Notes under the pieces: generated by a model | The model's input: only the letters and a program-made list of their open reading frames with translations | Told to the model about the DNA's origin: nothing | Database searches by the model: none | Part shown: one piece after another, positions 62,090-64,000 of the stretch | How positions within the stretch are numbered: the first letter of the stretch is position 1 | Layout of the letters: each line of letters opens with the position of its first letter | Made by a program: the position numbers and the translations under genes | NCBI GenBank assembly: GCA_041686375.1 | Contig: JAWLEB010000014.1 | Coordinates: 5,191-69,190, forward strand | DNA length: 64,000 nt | Direction: 5' to 3' | Origin: Bacteroidales bacterium | Lineage (GTDB): Bacteria > Bacteroidota > Bacteroidia > Bacteroidales > UBA12077

Positions 62090-62476
62090 TTATTCCTGGA
62101 AAAGATATCGTTCTATAGTTGCCATGAGGTTAAGGGGATGGATGGGTTTGGCCAGGAAATCATCGCAACCAGCACTTAAAGCTTTGCTACGGTCGTCATT
62201 TGTGCTGTAAGCTGTTTGTGCCAAAATTGGTAAGTTGGGTTGTTCGTATTTTATAAGTTGTGTAGCTTGTAAACCATCTACTCCCGGCATCTGAATATCC
62301 ATTAAGACAAGGTCTATTTTTCCATGTTCCCGGCATATTTGAATCGTCTCATTTCCATTCTTTGCCCATAAAATTTCTGCCCCTTTTTCTTTAAAAACAG
62401 ATTTCAAAAACAAAAAGTTTATCTTCTCATCTTCAGCTATTAAAATAACTTTATCCTTCCAGCCATTATTCATCAT
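62090..62476 (-). CDS. stand-alone response regulator (receiver domain only)
   Basis: ILIAEDE, DLVLMDIQMPGVDG, LAKPI. 128 aa with no output domain. Confidence 0.85.
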   Translation of the reverse strand: MMNNGWKDKVILIAEDEKINFLFLKSVFKEKGAEILWAKNGNETIQICREHGKIDLVLMDIQMPGVDGLQATQLIKYEQPNLPILAQTAYSTNDDRSKALSAGCDDFLAKPIHPLNLMATIERYLFQE

Positions 62477-62489
62477 GTAAATTCTCAGT

Positions 62490-63359
62490 TTATTTCAAAG
62501 CATTATATATTCTATGTCCGATTTCAGCAGGAGACTCGGCTATTTCCACACCACATTCCTTCAGTATTTCCATCTTAGCACTTGCTGTATCGCCTTTACC
62601 TCCTATTATAGCGCCCGCGTGTCCCATTCTTCTTCCTTTAGGAGCTGTTTTTCCCGCAATGAAAGCAACTACCGGTTTAGTGCCGTGTTCTTTTATCCAC
62701 TCAGCAGCTTCTGCTTCCATATTGCCCCCTATTTCGCCAATGATAATAATTCCTTTTGTTTCAGGGTCGTCCATGAACATTTGAACAGCATCCAGGGTTG
62801 AAGTGCCAACAATTGGATCGCCTCCAATGCCAATACAGGTAGACTGTCCCAATCCTGACTTTGTAACCTGATCAACTGCTTCATAGGTCAAAGTTCCAGA
62901 CCTTGAAACAATACCCACGGAGCCCTTTTTATGAATAAATCCTGGCATTATACCTACTTTACATTCATCTGGGGTGATAATTCCCGGGCAGTTAGGCCCA
63001 ATAAGCACCGTATCTCTATCTTTCAAATATTCTTTCACCTTAACCATGTCCTGCGTAGGAATTCCTTCAGAAATTGCTACAACCACTTTAATTCCGGCCT
63101 CGGCTGATTCCATAATTGCATCCGCAGCAAAAGGCGGTGGTACAAAAATCACTGAAGTGTCAGCTTCTGTTGCCTTTTTCGCATTTTCGACAGTATTGTA
63201 AACGGGAACACCTAAATGGGTCTGACCTTCTTTTCCCGGCGTTACGCCTGCAACGACTTTTGTTCCGTATTCGATCATTTGTTGGGCATGAAACGAACCT
63301 TCACTCCCTGTAATTCCCTGGACTAATATTTTTGAATTCTGATTAACTAAGACACTCAT
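62490..63359 (-). CDS. sucD: succinate--CoA ligase subunit alpha
   Basis: [21 protein letters not shown]. Start at the internal ATG 63359 ([10 protein letters not shown]). Confidence 0.93.
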   Translation of the reverse strand: MSVLVNQNSKILVQGITGSEGSFHAQQMIEYGTKVVAGVTPGKEGQTHLGVPVYNTVENAKKATEADTSVIFVPPPFAADAIMESAEAGIKVVVAISEGIPTQDMVKVKEYLKDRDTVLIGPNCPGIITPDECKVGIMPGFIHKKGSVGIVSRSGTLTYEAVDQVTKSGLGQSTCIGIGGDPIVGTSTLDAVQMFMDDPETKGIIIIGEIGGNMEAEAAEWIKEHGTKPVVAFIAGKTAPKGRRMGHAGAIIGGKGDTASAKMEILKECGVEIAESPAEIGHRIYNALK

Positions 63360-63602
63360 GGTTTTTGTTTTTGTTGGATTTCTTTTATTCAAAAATAGGG
63401 ATTTTATCCTTTCCTGCCAAAAACTGGTTGAAGGATATTGAAAAAAGTAAGGCCAGTTATAGATGATGTTGGATAATAAATTTCTTCTTTGAACCGCACA
63501 TGAGGGCATATAAGATTTCTTTTTTATAACAAAGTAAAAAATACAAAATCAATGACAACGTAACTCACTGGCAAGAATAAACATTAACCTCCATCAATGA
63601 AA

Positions 63603-63892
63603 CCCTCATCCACAACATGTAGACAAAAGGACATGAATAGAATGCGCCTGCCTGCCGGTCCGGCAGGGATCCGTCAAAGCCGAAAACAATAAACGCGGAT
63701 TTATTTATCAAAAATAATAATTACTTTAAGTTTTGTTTTGTAAGTCATTCAAAGACAATACAATTGCCACATTTTATTCAAATGAGGTAATAACATAAAA
63801 AATGATATTCTAAAAGACAAACTTATATGAACTCATATGCCTTCCCGTAGAAGCGGGACAGGTTATATGGTTCAAAAAAACAATATCCAAAT
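63603..63892 (+). repeat. interspersed repeat family B, copy B3 (rearranged middle, about 80-nt insertion)
   Basis: ccctcatccacaacatgtagacaaaaggacatgaat...aaacgcggatttatttatcaaaaataataattactttaag...cacattttattcaaatgaggtaataac[insertion]caaaaaaacaatatccaa, then ATG(63893). Confidence 0.75.
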
Positions 63893-63924
63893 GAAAATGA
63901 TTAATTTTGCAAAAAACAGCAGTT

Positions 63925-64000
63925 ATGCAATCAGAAAATACAATATGCGCAATATCCACTCCACCGGGGAACGGTGCTATAGCTGTAATACGGATCAGTG
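63925..64000 (+). CDS. mnmE: tRNA modification GTPase MnmE (5' end only)
   Basis: Own translation: MQSENTICAISTPPGNGAIAVIRIS. Not in the track (runs off the edge). Confidence 0.8.
   Translation, partial: MQSENTICAISTPPGNGAIAVIRIS

Noticed and set aside
63893-64000. ORF starting at the repeat B3 ATG (MKMINFAKNSSYAIRKYNMRNIHSTGERCYSC...).
   Set aside because: It is out of frame with the clear MnmE N-terminus that begins at 63925, so I treat it as part of the repeat or at most a uORF.

Overview
AT-rich, densely coding chromosomal segment with Bacteroidota-type gene content and synteny: rpmB-rpmG-DUF4295-ftsY-rimO, recF-DUF721, gyrA followed by a TPR lipoprotein, pyrG-yidC, A-rich start contexts without Shine-Dalgarno motifs, and many lipoprotein or signal-peptide N-termini. 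I support about 55 CDS, nearly all housekeeping. They include aroE, pta-ackA-ptb-buk, ribH, recF, ndk, nrnA, two FKBP PPIases, fabG, an M48 protease, cinA, ftsY, rimO, tpx, a ClpC-type chaperone, gyrA, csp, msrA, an M19 dipeptidase, pcm, a GlcD/GlcF-like FAD/Fe-S oxidoreductase, pyrD, hemerythrin, a racemase, a DmpA-like peptidase, proS, pyrG, yidC, sucD and the mnmE start. I saw no rRNA, tRNA, CRISPR array, intact mobile element, or recognisable multi-gene defence, secretion or biosynthetic system. Four things are not explained by the gene models. (1) Eight copies of two related interspersed intergenic repeats share a 5' module. Their 3' edge is the ATG start codon of the downstream gene in four cases. 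I do not recognise the family, and it is my best candidate for something undescribed. (2) There are four clearly decayed gene fragments (ABC-2 permease, IS66 transposase, response regulator, methyltransferase) and one weaker candidate, a possible truncated ORF. (3) A roughly 0.8 kb AT-rich non-coding block upstream of an XRE-type HTH gene and pyrD carries a recurring 13-mer. (4) One lipoprotein has an extreme Tyr/Gly/Ser-rich segment followed by Arg/Ser-rich low-complexity segments. All alignments and counts were done by eye and nothing was searched against databases.
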